From Clostridia bacterium (GTDB lineage Bacteria; Bacillota; Clostridia; Lachnospirales; Lachnospiraceae): DNA of 64,000 bases. The stretch covers positions 72,900 through 136,899 of the forward strand of contig CAJTHL010000010.1 of assembly GCA_910576205.1 (NCBI GenBank), given 5' to 3'. The notes under the pieces are model-generated. The model ran no database searches. It was not told the origin of the DNA and worked only from the letters and a program-made list of their open reading frames with translations. Position 1 is the stretch's first letter, and every line of letters begins with the position of its first letter. The position numbers were made by a program, and so were the translations under genes. Below are positions 55,882 to 64,000 of the stretch, piece after piece.

Positions 55882-56398
55882 TTAAAACAACCTCCAATTC
55901 TCTTTCCAGCAGCTTTTTGGCCCTGTATAGCCGGGTTTTTACCGTGCCCTCCGGGATTTCCAGAATCCGGGAAATCTCCGAGAGTTTCTGCCCCTCCATG
56001 TAAAAGAGAAGGACTGGCAGGCGGTATTTCTCCGGCAATGCCTGGACGGCCTGCCGCACCATGACCCGCTCTTCCCTGGTAATGTACTGCTCTTCCGGGG
56101 AACCCTTTCCGTCTGGTGGATCCTGGGTCATGTCCTCTATTGGAATCTGAGGACCCGTGATCTTCTGCCGCCATGCGGTTTTCCGTTTCCGGTTGGTCCA
56201 GATATGGACGGCCACGGACAGAAGATAGCTCTTGGGATTCCTTGACAATTCCAGTTTTCCCCTGATTTCCACCATTTTCAGAAAGGTGTCCTGGTACAGA
56301 TCGTCCGCATCCTGTCTGCTGTGGGTAAGATACAGGCAAAAAGCGTAGACGTCTTTTCCGTAAGCCTCAATATACGCTTCCAGCGTTTCCAGTTTCAT
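55811..56398 (-). CDS. ECF-type RNA polymerase sigma-70 factor
   Basis: Start at MKLETLEAY (RBS GGAGGAAACAC). Region 2 'DADDLYQDTFLK'; region 4 'LSEISRILEIPEGTVKTRLYRAKKLL'. Confidence 0.8.
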   Translation of the reverse strand: MKLETLEAYIEAYGKDVYAFCLYLTHSRQDADDLYQDTFLKMVEIRGKLELSRNPKSYLLSVAVHIWTNRKRKTAWRQKITGPQIPIEDMTQDPPDGKGSPEEQYITREERVMVRQAVQALPEKYRLPVLLFYMEGQKLSEISRILEIPEGTVKTRLYRAKKLLERELEVVLNEQRYGQDFKAGVVSRERTGSTA

Positions 56399-56507
56399 GT
56401 GTGTTTCCTCCATTGCGCTCCAGACTGTCTGGTTGAAGAACCATTGCCCTTCACTCATATAGGGTCATAAGAGGAAGAAAAGTTTCAGATTATTATAATT
56501 TTTATTT

Positions 56508-57413
56508 TCACGCACTGTTTGATTTCCGGCGTCTCTTTCCCTCATAACCGGAAAGAACCAGCCCGGTTATTGCAAGCCCGGTTCCCCCAAGGGAAATCCA
56601 GGTCACAGGCTCCTCTAATATCAGCGCGGAGGTCACGGTGGTTATGACGGGAACCATATAAATATAGATACTGGTTTTTACGGCCCCCAGAGCCCGCACC
56701 GCAAAATTCCAGGTGAGAAAACAAAGCGCAGAGGCTCCGACTCCCAGGTAAACTATATTGAAAAGGTTTGTCATATCTGTAAAGCGTTCCGCTCCCAGGC
56801 GGAAATCAAAAAACGCCAGGGCAGGCATCATAAACAGGATGCCATAGAAAAAGGTTCTGCGGGTTATAAGAAGAACCGGGTAACCAAAGCCGTTGATCTT
56901 CCGGGTCAGGACAGAATAAACGCCCCACACAAAGGCTGCGGCCACTGCCAGAATATCCCCCAGGGGATTTATCTCCCATCCCGCCCCCTGGAGGCTGATA
57001 AGGACAATCCCCGCCATGGCCACCACGAACCCCACAAAAAAGCCCGGACGCAGCTTTTCCTCTGATTTTCCGGTAAAATACACCAGAATAGCCGTAAAAA
57101 AGGGAGCTACCGAGGTCATAACCCCCACATTGGAGGCCAGGGTATAGGTCAGGGCAATATTTTCCAGCAGATAATACAGGCAGATTCCGCAAAATCCTGC
57201 CATGGCAAATACCGCTTCCTGCCTGATGGTTACTCCCTTCATCCTCCGGGGGCAGACAGGCCACAACAGAAGATATCCCATGACAAAGCGGAAAAACAGG
57301 ATTTCTACCGGCCAAAAATCCTCCAGCAGTATTTTTGTGGAGATAAATGTAGTGCCCCAGATCAGTATTGTAAATAATGCCGCCAGATGGCCGGTCATTC
57401 GTTTATTGTCCAT
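56508..57413 (-). CDS. DMT-superfamily (EamA) transporter
   Basis: Start at MDNKRMTGHLAALFTILIWG; 10 TM, two EamA repeats. Confidence 0.75.
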   Translation of the reverse strand: MDNKRMTGHLAALFTILIWGTTFISTKILLEDFWPVEILFFRFVMGYLLLWPVCPRRMKGVTIRQEAVFAMAGFCGICLYYLLENIALTYTLASNVGVMTSVAPFFTAILVYFTGKSEEKLRPGFFVGFVVAMAGIVLISLQGAGWEINPLGDILAVAAAFVWGVYSVLTRKINGFGYPVLLITRRTFFYGILFMMPALAFFDFRLGAERFTDMTNLFNIVYLGVGASALCFLTWNFAVRALGAVKTSIYIYMVPVITTVTSALILEEPVTWISLGGTGLAITGLVLSGYEGKRRRKSNSA

Positions 57414-57414
57414 G

Positions 57415-57688
57415 TTATGTCTCCCTCTCTTTTTTGCAAAGTATCTCCCGGTATGCCCCAGGGGGGTAAGTCCCATTAAGCTGTTGAAACAGCCGGTAAA
57501 ATGGCTCTGATCCGAAAATCCCGTCCGGGCGGCGGCCAGGGCAGGCGTCTTTCCCTGCTAATGGCACATTCTTTCTCCTTGCAGGACAGAATCCTCTCCC
57601 CCTCCTCCACAAAACCAACCACATAATACTCATGAAAATGGTTAGGAAAGGACTGCGCCATCCCTTCAAAATGGCAGCTTATGGACAA
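57415..57688 (-). pseudogene. AraC-family regulator remnant (N-terminal cupin start and extreme C-terminus in different frames)
   Basis: 70-aa ORF 'HFHEYYVVGFVEEGERILSC' (AraC cupin) and 84-aa ORF ending 'FYRLFQQLNGTYPPGAYREIL' (AraC HTH C-terminus); ~270 nt in total. Confidence 0.4.
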
Positions 57689-57783
57689 ATGTATATCCGT
57701 AAGCTGCCAGTATACAAGCTCCCGCTATTTATTTTTCCTGTTTTCCGTCTTAAGCTTATAGGATTCTCTGACAGAATACCGCC

Positions 57784-58500
57784 TCATCCGAGAATCCGCG
57801 CTCCCAGCCGCACAAGCTTTACCGGCAGGCCGTAGACAGACAGCTCTTTTCCCGCCTCCGCATCAAAGAGGGCTTTGCACACCACTTTTTCCGGCTTTAC
57901 CAGAAAGGGCTTCTTCCAGGCCGGAAGCGCAATATTTCCGTGGACGAAAAATTCCGTGTCCACCGGCCCCGGACAGACGCTGGTAACCGTAATCTTCCGT
58001 TTCTTTAACTCCCGGTGAAGGGCCCTGGAAAAAGAGGTCACATAGGCCTTTCCCGCCCCATAGACGGCAAAACGCGGCTGGGGGCAGAACGCAGAGCCAG
58101 AGGAGAGCTGCAAAATGCGGCTTCCCTTTGTGAGATAAGGCAGACAGAAAAGCGTCACCTGGGTTAATGCACGGCAGTTTAAATCGATCATCTGAAGCTG
58201 CTCCTCCACCGTCAGCTCCTCCACAAGACCATAATGTCCCACCCCGGCCCCGTTTACCAGTATGCGGATGCAGGGCCTGTTTTTCCAAAGCTCCCCCTTC
58301 AAGGTTTCCATATCCGCTTCCCTGGTCAGGTCAAGAGGCAGCAGACGCAGGCGGGAACATCTCCCAGGAAATTTCTCCAGTCCTTCTACTTTCCTGGAGA
58401 TCGCCCAGATCTCATCCAGGGACCTGTAGGCTCCGCCGATCTGCCTGACAAATTCCTTTCCCATGCCGGAGGAGGCTCCGGTAATCACGGCAATCTTCAT
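57784..58500 (-). CDS. SDR family oxidoreductase
   Basis: 238 aa 'MKIAVITGASSGMGKEF'. Confidence 0.8.
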   Translation of the reverse strand: MKIAVITGASSGMGKEFVRQIGGAYRSLDEIWAISRKVEGLEKFPGRCSRLRLLPLDLTREADMETLKGELWKNRPCIRILVNGAGVGHYGLVEELTVEEQLQMIDLNCRALTQVTLFCLPYLTKGSRILQLSSGSAFCPQPRFAVYGAGKAYVTSFSRALHRELKKRKITVTSVCPGPVDTEFFVHGNIALPAWKKPFLVKPEKVVCKALFDAEAGKELSVYGLPVKLVRLGARILG

Positions 58501-58574
58501 AAAACAGCTCCTTTTTGTGTCCCGTTCCCCAAGACCCGGACTCCCCCCTAAAGCGCAGCTTCCCGGTCCCTTTG

Positions 58575-58922
58575 TCAGCTTCCCTCTGTCCGCGCTATAA
58601 ATTCCTCCAGATCTTCTGTTCTTATATCAATATAGGTGTCTATATCTTCCACAAGCACAAGCCGTATGTACATGGGCTTCCCCCCGGAAGTGCCCCCGAT
58701 TATCAGTTTATATTGCCTATCAATATCATACTCCATAATATAAAGGCCGGAACCGGTCTCAATGCCCTCATACTGCTCAAAGTCGCTCCAGGTCAGCTCC
58801 TCTCCCTTCCCGGAAAGCTCCCTGACCTTTTCCAGGGTCAGCCTGTCCGGCTCTCTGGCAGAGCAGCCTGCCAGTATTGCCAGACAGATACACAGAAAAA
58901 AACCAGTCAGTTGTTTTTTCAC
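58575..58922 (-). CDS. small lipoprotein (hypothetical)
   Basis: 115 aa, lipobox 'LAGCSA'. Confidence 0.55.
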   Translation of the reverse strand: MKKQLTGFFLCICLAILAGCSAREPDRLTLEKVRELSGKGEELTWSDFEQYEGIETGSGLYIMEYDIDRQYKLIIGGTSGGKPMYIRLVLVEDIDTYIDIRTEDLEEFIARTEGS

Positions 58923-58949
58923 CAGGTTCCCCCTCTCTTCTTTAAACCT

Positions 58950-59660
58950 TTACACCCCGTTTCTGGCACAGATATCCCGAATACAGCATTTCTCACAGTG
59001 AGGGTTTGTCCGCGCAGTGCAGACATCCCGGCCGTGATATACCAGTCGATGGCAGAAATCACTTCCCTCCTGGGGAGGGATAATCTTCCACAAAGCCATC
59101 TCCACTTTTTTCGGCTCCTTAAAGCCGTCCACCAGACCCATGCGGTTTACCAGGCGGATACAGTGGGTATCTGTCACAATGGCCGGTTTTCCAAACACAT
59201 CCCCCATAATCAGATTGGCGCTCTTTCTCCCTACGCCGGGAAGCGCAAGCAGGTCGTCAAAGCTATCCGGCACTTTCCCCTGGTATTTTTCCTTTAAAAT
59301 TTTCATGCAGGCACTGATATCCCGCGCCTTGCTGCGCCCCAGGCCACAGGGCTTCACAATGGCCTCTATATCCTCCACATCCGCCTCCGCCAGGGCATCC
59401 ACATCGGGATATTTCGCATAGAGATCCTTCACAACCACATTGACCCTTGCGTCCGTACACTGAGCCGCCAGCCGGACAGACACCAGAAGCTTCCATGCCT
59501 GGTTGTAATCCAGCGTACACCCTGCATCCGGGTACGCCTCCTTCAAGCGTCCAATAATTTCCAGGGCCAGCTTCTGTTTTCTTCTGTGTTCCGCCAGGGC
59601 CTTTCCGTTCAGCGCCTCTGAGGTTTTTTTTGTGTTTTGTGCCTTCTTTTGTTTTTCCAT
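58950..59660 (-). CDS. nth: endonuclease III (HhH-GPD, 4Fe-4S)
   Basis: HhH 'LLALPGVGRKSANLI'; catalytic K/D; C-terminal CxxxxxxCxxCxxxxxC cluster; Lys-rich N-terminal extension. Confidence 0.85.
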   Translation of the reverse strand: MEKQKKAQNTKKTSEALNGKALAEHRRKQKLALEIIGRLKEAYPDAGCTLDYNQAWKLLVSVRLAAQCTDARVNVVVKDLYAKYPDVDALAEADVEDIEAIVKPCGLGRSKARDISACMKILKEKYQGKVPDSFDDLLALPGVGRKSANLIMGDVFGKPAIVTDTHCIRLVNRMGLVDGFKEPKKVEMALWKIIPPQEGSDFCHRLVYHGRDVCTARTNPHCEKCCIRDICARNGV

Positions 59661-59718
59661 CTTTTGTGTCTGCCTCTCCTGTTTTAAGATACCGTTTCTT
59701 TACGTTTTCTCTTCTGCC

Positions 59719-61101
59719 TCAATCCTGACGGATTTTACTTCTGATCGCCTCAACATCCTTTCTTTTTTCCTCTTCGCTGAGTTCCGCGAAAGGAATCAGA
59801 CAATTATGTACCCTCTTTATGCTGTCTGTGACAGGTCCAAACTTCCAATTATGGATGTAATGATACCTGTTCCACCGGATATGCTCCAGTTCCGCAATGA
59901 CTTCCATGCTGACTCCTTGTTCAAGCAGACGGTTGATCGTATGCATATAATCCGATGAGCTCACATTTGAGTAGCGTTTAAAAGAATCAAGCTTTTCCCA
60001 TGGCGTTCCCCCATATCTCTTCTGATAAAACTCATGCTGCCTGCGGGCAGCCTCCATAGACCGTCCGTTGAAGATGATCTCGGGAGTCGCCGTTTCCTTT
60101 GCCGTCCCGAAGCATATGATTCTGTCGTTTCCCAAAATACTGCTGATAATATCGCCGTTTGGAGCATAGACATAAATCTGGTGACGGAGGGGCGCCGCTG
60201 TCAGCAGTCTCCCCGCTATCTCAATATTGTGGTCCGCCTCCTTGCCGCCACAGATTATAATCCTGTCAAAGCTCTCCATTTCCGCAAATTCATAGACACC
60301 GTCATCGTGAAAAATGATTTCATCAGGCTTCATTTGCGCAAGTTCTGTATGTTCCCTTCTGAATTCCGCTCCATTTCCATAAATATGATATACAAAATGC
60401 TGCCCGGGATCAATCAGATTCATCTGCAATCCATACAGCAGAATATTTTTTCCTACGTTCCCAAATCCGATGATCGCCACCTTTTCGCTGTGCGTGACCG
60501 GATAGTCCTTCCAGTACTGCCTTGCACAGTTTTCCGAAATACTGAAAACCGTAATCAGCGGGTTCTCAATATTCTGCCTTGCAATATTTTCCAACATGAT
60601 ATAGACGTTTTTGCTCTTCAGCGACTCATAATTCCGATTATAAAAAGCAAGATTCCTGGCATCGCTTGAAAACATAAGCACATATCTTTCCGCACTGTCT
60701 ATAAACTTCTCTTCCCCCCGTATCCGCTGTTTTAATTCCAGATTCTCAAACAGGTATCCCGCATAAACAGAATCCCCATAAACAACCGTCGTATTAAAAT
60801 CCAGAAGCTTAACCCGGTTTATAATGTCCGTCATCTTGTTAAGCCCGTTAATCAACAGGTTAAGAGTTGCCGCCAGTGCCAGAAAACGGGCAATCTGCAA
60901 AAGACCTCCCACTGGAATCCCGCTCTCGGTTGAACCGGAGTAGAGCTTGATAGACGAGTAGACAGCATCCAGAAAAGGGTATACACGGTCCTGTCTGGCA
61001 AAGACAGGAAAATAACAATATATGCCAATAAAAAATGGAAGTATTTTATACAGTATGCTTAGGAGTCTGCCCATTGTCCGATAATTATTTTTCATGACCA
61101 T
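59719..61101 (-). CDS. membrane protein: 2 TM + tandem Rossmann-like (GxGxxG) domains + C-terminal RyR domain
   Basis: 460 aa. TM helices at N-terminus; 'VAIIGFGNVGKNILLYG'; C-terminal 'ELEHIRWNRYHYIHNWKFGPV...LIPFAELSEEEKRKD' matching the RyR-domain consensus. Lower GC than flanks. Confidence 0.6.
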   Translation of the reverse strand: MVMKNNYRTMGRLLSILYKILPFFIGIYCYFPVFARQDRVYPFLDAVYSSIKLYSGSTESGIPVGGLLQIARFLALAATLNLLINGLNKMTDIINRVKLLDFNTTVVYGDSVYAGYLFENLELKQRIRGEEKFIDSAERYVLMFSSDARNLAFYNRNYESLKSKNVYIMLENIARQNIENPLITVFSISENCARQYWKDYPVTHSEKVAIIGFGNVGKNILLYGLQMNLIDPGQHFVYHIYGNGAEFRREHTELAQMKPDEIIFHDDGVYEFAEMESFDRIIICGGKEADHNIEIAGRLLTAAPLRHQIYVYAPNGDIISSILGNDRIICFGTAKETATPEIIFNGRSMEAARRQHEFYQKRYGGTPWEKLDSFKRYSNVSSSDYMHTINRLLEQGVSMEVIAELEHIRWNRYHYIHNWKFGPVTDSIKRVHNCLIPFAELSEEEKRKDVEAIRSKIRQD

Positions 61102-61133
61102 TCCCTTTTTTCCACATGAAGGAGACGCCCGGC

Positions 61134-63326
61134 TCAGTCTTCAACTTTCTCACCGTTTTCCCATTTCACTACAGTGCCGTCTGCGTTGGTTCTGATGCAG
61201 TTAAATTCCTTGCCGTCTTTAAATTCTCCTTCCAGGATATCTCCATTGGCAAAAGTCAGTTTCCCCTGACCATTTATGAGGCTGTCCTTCCATTCGCCCT
61301 CGAGCACATCTCCATTGGCATAGGTCAGTTTCCCCTGGCCGTTACGACTGTTATCTGCCCATTCGCCTTCATACACATTTCCGTTGGCGTAGGTATAGAC
61401 TCCCTGGCCGCCACGGCTGCCGCTTTTCCATTCGCCCTCATACGCGTCCCCGTTGGCATAGGTCATGGTACCCTTTCCGTTGAACAGGCCATTCACCAAT
61501 GCGCCCTTGTAGACGGATCCGTCTTTGAAAGTTATCGTTCCGTTACCGTTAGGCGTGCCATCCTTTGTCGGGCCGGTGTAAACGCCGTTATCCCATGGGA
61601 TGTTATCATCCTTCACCCATTTCTCGTTGACCGTAGTACCGTCCGCCTTGGTATAGATGCCGTCGCCGTCCTTTACGCCTTCCTTGAATTCACCTTGGAA
61701 AAAGCTTCCGTCAGCATAGGTCAGCGTTCCCTGTCCCTGGTACTTGTTGTCTTTCCATTCGCCCTCGTACACTACGCCGTTATAGTATGTCATAATACCC
61801 TGACCACTGTAGTTGCCATCCTCAAATTCACCCTCATAGACACTGCCAGAAGCGAAGCTCAGCGTTCCCTGACCATGGTATCTGCCATCTTCCCATTCGC
61901 CTTCATAGGCCTTGTAGGTACTTCCGTCGGGGTAGGTTATCGTACCACTTCCATGGGGCGTACCGTCCTTTGTGGTGCCGGTGTAAGTGCCGTTATCCCA
62001 TGCAACGGTTTCAATCTTTTGTCCATGTACCCATGTTTCATTTTCTTCCACGCCGTCTACAGTAGTGTAGACGCCGTCGCCGTGCTTTTCACCTTCGCTA
62101 AATCCGCCCTTATAGACAGAACCATCGGCATAAGTCAGTTTTCCCTGGCCGTCTGGCAGATCGTCCTTAAATCCGCCCTCGTAGACAGAGCCATCCGTAT
62201 AGCATGCCGTTCCCTGGCCGTCGATCTCGCCTTCTTTCCATTCTCCCTCGTAAGTCGTCCCGTCCTCCCCTGTAAAAGTCCCTTGACCTTCGGGCTGTTC
62301 CTTTTTCCACTGGCCGGTATAGGTGCCGGAAGTCCCGCCAGGGGTCGTATAGGCTTTGTCGGTGACATTCCCCATCCGGACAATGAATACAATAACCAGC
62401 ACTGCCACAGCTACGGCAATGCCCCCCAGAATAAGTTTCAAATGCAAAGCTTTTTTTGTTTTCTTCTCCGTCTCGTTATCCGTGAAGGAAAAATCCGCCT
62501 TCCTTTCCGGCTGGCTCTCCTGTCCCGCCTGCAAAACCGGCGCGGGCTCCTGTCCGGATTCCGGATCTGGTTCCCGGGCAGGCTCCTGTCTGTATCCCGA
62601 AGCCGACCCACCGGCAGATTCCTGCGCCGGTCCTGGCTGCGACTCAATAATCAGAGACTTGTCAAACACATCGCCGCTGACGGACCTGATGGTTCCCCGT
62701 ACTGCTTTTAGGTCATTAATACTCTTCCGGTTGATGGAGGCATCACGGAAAAAATTGATAAAGGCGTCGGAAATATCATACCTGGACAGCGCATCCTGTT
62801 CCAGCAGAGTGGACAGGCTGGTAAAAGACGACTTCATGGCCCTCATAATATCATTGGAAGTATTATTCGTATTGGTAGCGATATTCGCACCCTGATTAAG
62901 GATCTCATTCTTCACGCCCCGCTCTATAACAGGCTGGTCTGTAGTATCTCCCAGATGAAGGTGTTCCTCCAGCGAGACAAACACAACCTGCTTCCGATTG
63001 TTTACGGCAGTCAGAAGTTCCAGAAAACAGGCATAGCTCTCTATATAGCTCTGGCTGATAAAAGCTATAACCACATCTGCGCCGCGCACATTGCGCAGCA
63101 TAGGAACGATCCACTTATCGTTCACCTTGTCAAAAGCTTTGTCCGCATAAACCCGCAGACCATACTTTTTCTGCATGGGCACCACAGCAGATTTAAACAC
63201 AGCCTCCCAGTTATCGCTGGCGTAGCTTATAAAAACATAAGGCTTTCTCTGAGAGCACTCCGTAATCTTTAGATTTTTCTCCAGAAACTCCGAACGCTCT
63301 TTCTTTTGTACTTCATTCAATCCCAT
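61134..63326 (-). CDS. TIR domain - TM helix - MORN-repeat protein (N-in/C-out topology predicted)
   Basis: Start at MGLNEVQKK (RBS GAGGGAGA). TIR motifs 'KPYVFISYASDN' and 'SQSYIESYACFLELL' (SxxYxxSxWCxxEL). K-rich segment then TM 'LILGGIAVAVAVLVIVFIV'. About 14 MORN repeats 'YEGEWKDGxxxGQGxxTYADGSVYEGEF'. Confidence 0.7.
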   Translation of the reverse strand: MGLNEVQKKERSEFLEKNLKITECSQRKPYVFISYASDNWEAVFKSAVVPMQKKYGLRVYADKAFDKVNDKWIVPMLRNVRGADVVIAFISQSYIESYACFLELLTAVNNRKQVVFVSLEEHLHLGDTTDQPVIERGVKNEILNQGANIATNTNNTSNDIMRAMKSSFTSLSTLLEQDALSRYDISDAFINFFRDASINRKSINDLKAVRGTIRSVSGDVFDKSLIIESQPGPAQESAGGSASGYRQEPAREPDPESGQEPAPVLQAGQESQPERKADFSFTDNETEKKTKKALHLKLILGGIAVAVAVLVIVFIVRMGNVTDKAYTTPGGTSGTYTGQWKKEQPEGQGTFTGEDGTTYEGEWKEGEIDGQGTACYTDGSVYEGGFKDDLPDGQGKLTYADGSVYKGGFSEGEKHGDGVYTTVDGVEENETWVHGQKIETVAWDNGTYTGTTKDGTPHGSGTITYPDGSTYKAYEGEWEDGRYHGQGTLSFASGSVYEGEFEDGNYSGQGIMTYYNGVVYEGEWKDNKYQGQGTLTYADGSFFQGEFKEGVKDGDGIYTKADGTTVNEKWVKDDNIPWDNGVYTGPTKDGTPNGNGTITFKDGSVYKGALVNGLFNGKGTMTYANGDAYEGEWKSGSRGGQGVYTYANGNVYEGEWADNSRNGQGKLTYANGDVLEGEWKDSLINGQGKLTFANGDILEGEFKDGKEFNCIRTNADGTVVKWENGEKVED

Positions 63327-63464
63327 TGTTGTTTCTCCCTCATAAATTCTTGTCCTAAGTTTATATCCATTATAAAACACAGTTTACTAGAAATTAACGA
63401 AACTTTCAATACTTTATGCATGTTCCCCAACCTATCGGCGCATCCGCATGCCTTAAGCCGGTAC

Positions 63465-64000
63465 TCACAAAGCGCCTCCACATCCCGCCTGCCCTGCAAT
63501 CCACCTTCCGGCCTCCCCCAGGTCCGCAAATTTCCCTGCCAGAATCCCTTCCACATCCCTTAAATCCTGGGCCAGATCCGGGATCAGCACAGGGAGCATT
63601 CCCGCATAATGGGCCGCCAGAATGCCGTTTACAGAATCCTCCAGGGCTACCGCCTTCCCCGGGGGACAGGCAAGCAGCTCACACGCCTTCTGGTAAATTT
63701 CCGGGGAGGGCTTGGCCTTTTCCACCATGTCTCCTGTGACAATTTCCCGGAAATACCCAAGAATCCGGTGTTCCCCAAGCTGTCCCAGGGCATACTCCCG
63801 GCTGGAGGACGTGGCCACAGCCAGGGGAAGCTTTAATTCCCGCAGAATTTCCAGAATTTCGTGAAGCCCCTTTCTGGCCGGAATGCCGTGCCTGGCCGCA
63901 TAGTCCATAAAGGCCTGCCTGTTTTCCCTGGAAAATACCTCAAAGGGAAAATCCTTCCCATATTTTTCCATAAAATAGGCTTCCCGGCTCTTCCGGCTCA
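63465..64000 (-). CDS. HAD-IA family hydrolase (beta-phosphoglucomutase-like), C-terminal part; N-terminus beyond window
   Basis: 'LPLAVATSSSRE', 'KPSPEIYQKACELL', 'ALEDSVNGILAAHYAGM' HAD motifs II-IV. Confidence 0.6.
   Translation of the reverse strand, partial: SRKSREAYFMEKYGKDFPFEVFSRENRQAFMDYAARHGIPARKGLHEILEILRELKLPLAVATSSSREYALGQLGEHRILGYFREIVTGDMVEKAKPSPEIYQKACELLACPPGKAVALEDSVNGILAAHYAGMLPVLIPDLAQDLRDVEGILAGKFADLGEAGRWIAGQAGCGGAL

Noticed and set aside
61116-62711. 531-aa plus-strand ORF
   Set aside because: Antisense to the MORN-repeat region of the TIR protein; its periodicity simply mirrors the MORN repeats.

Overview
High-GC (~57%) Firmicutes/Clostridia-like chromosomal segment; nearly all genes are on the minus strand. 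Left to right: a carbohydrate ABC uptake operon with the start of a sensor kinase; trpBA behind a Trp T-box leader; a PucR-regulated MFS-SDR-aldo/keto-reductase(Fe-S) operon; a tRNA-Leu with apparent AAG anticodon; a PepSY lipoprotein; an ABC-F ATPase. From ~16.2 to 29.5 kb is a large surface-fibre locus: class B sortase, SipW, two SipW-cognate (TasA-like) proteins, class C sortase, an LPSTG pilin, and a 1414-aa LPETG adhesin carrying novel Cys/His repeats. After that come a YdjGHI-like SPFH/zinc-ribbon membrane module, a Cas4-like nuclease fused to an XPD/DinG helicase, and a partial his operon (hisZ-G-D-B plus a hisIE carrying an N-terminal HisA/F half barrel; hisC/H/A absent). Then recU, rluA-family, GNAT, and a LytTR/AgrC-like two-component system with a C-type-lectin lipoprotein. 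Two low-GC accessory insertions look like candidate defence systems: (i) a ~2.2 kb, ~30% GC island encoding a ParB/Srx-fold protein plus an unknown partner (52.4-54.6 kb); (ii) a pair encoding a cytoplasmic TIR domain - TM helix - extracellular MORN-repeat protein, followed by a 2TM-Rossmann-RyR-domain protein (59.7-63.3 kb). The second pair is the most striking, previously undescribed-looking system in the window. No CRISPR arrays, rRNA, transposases or integrases were seen. Many long plus-strand ORFs are antisense shadows of minus-strand genes.
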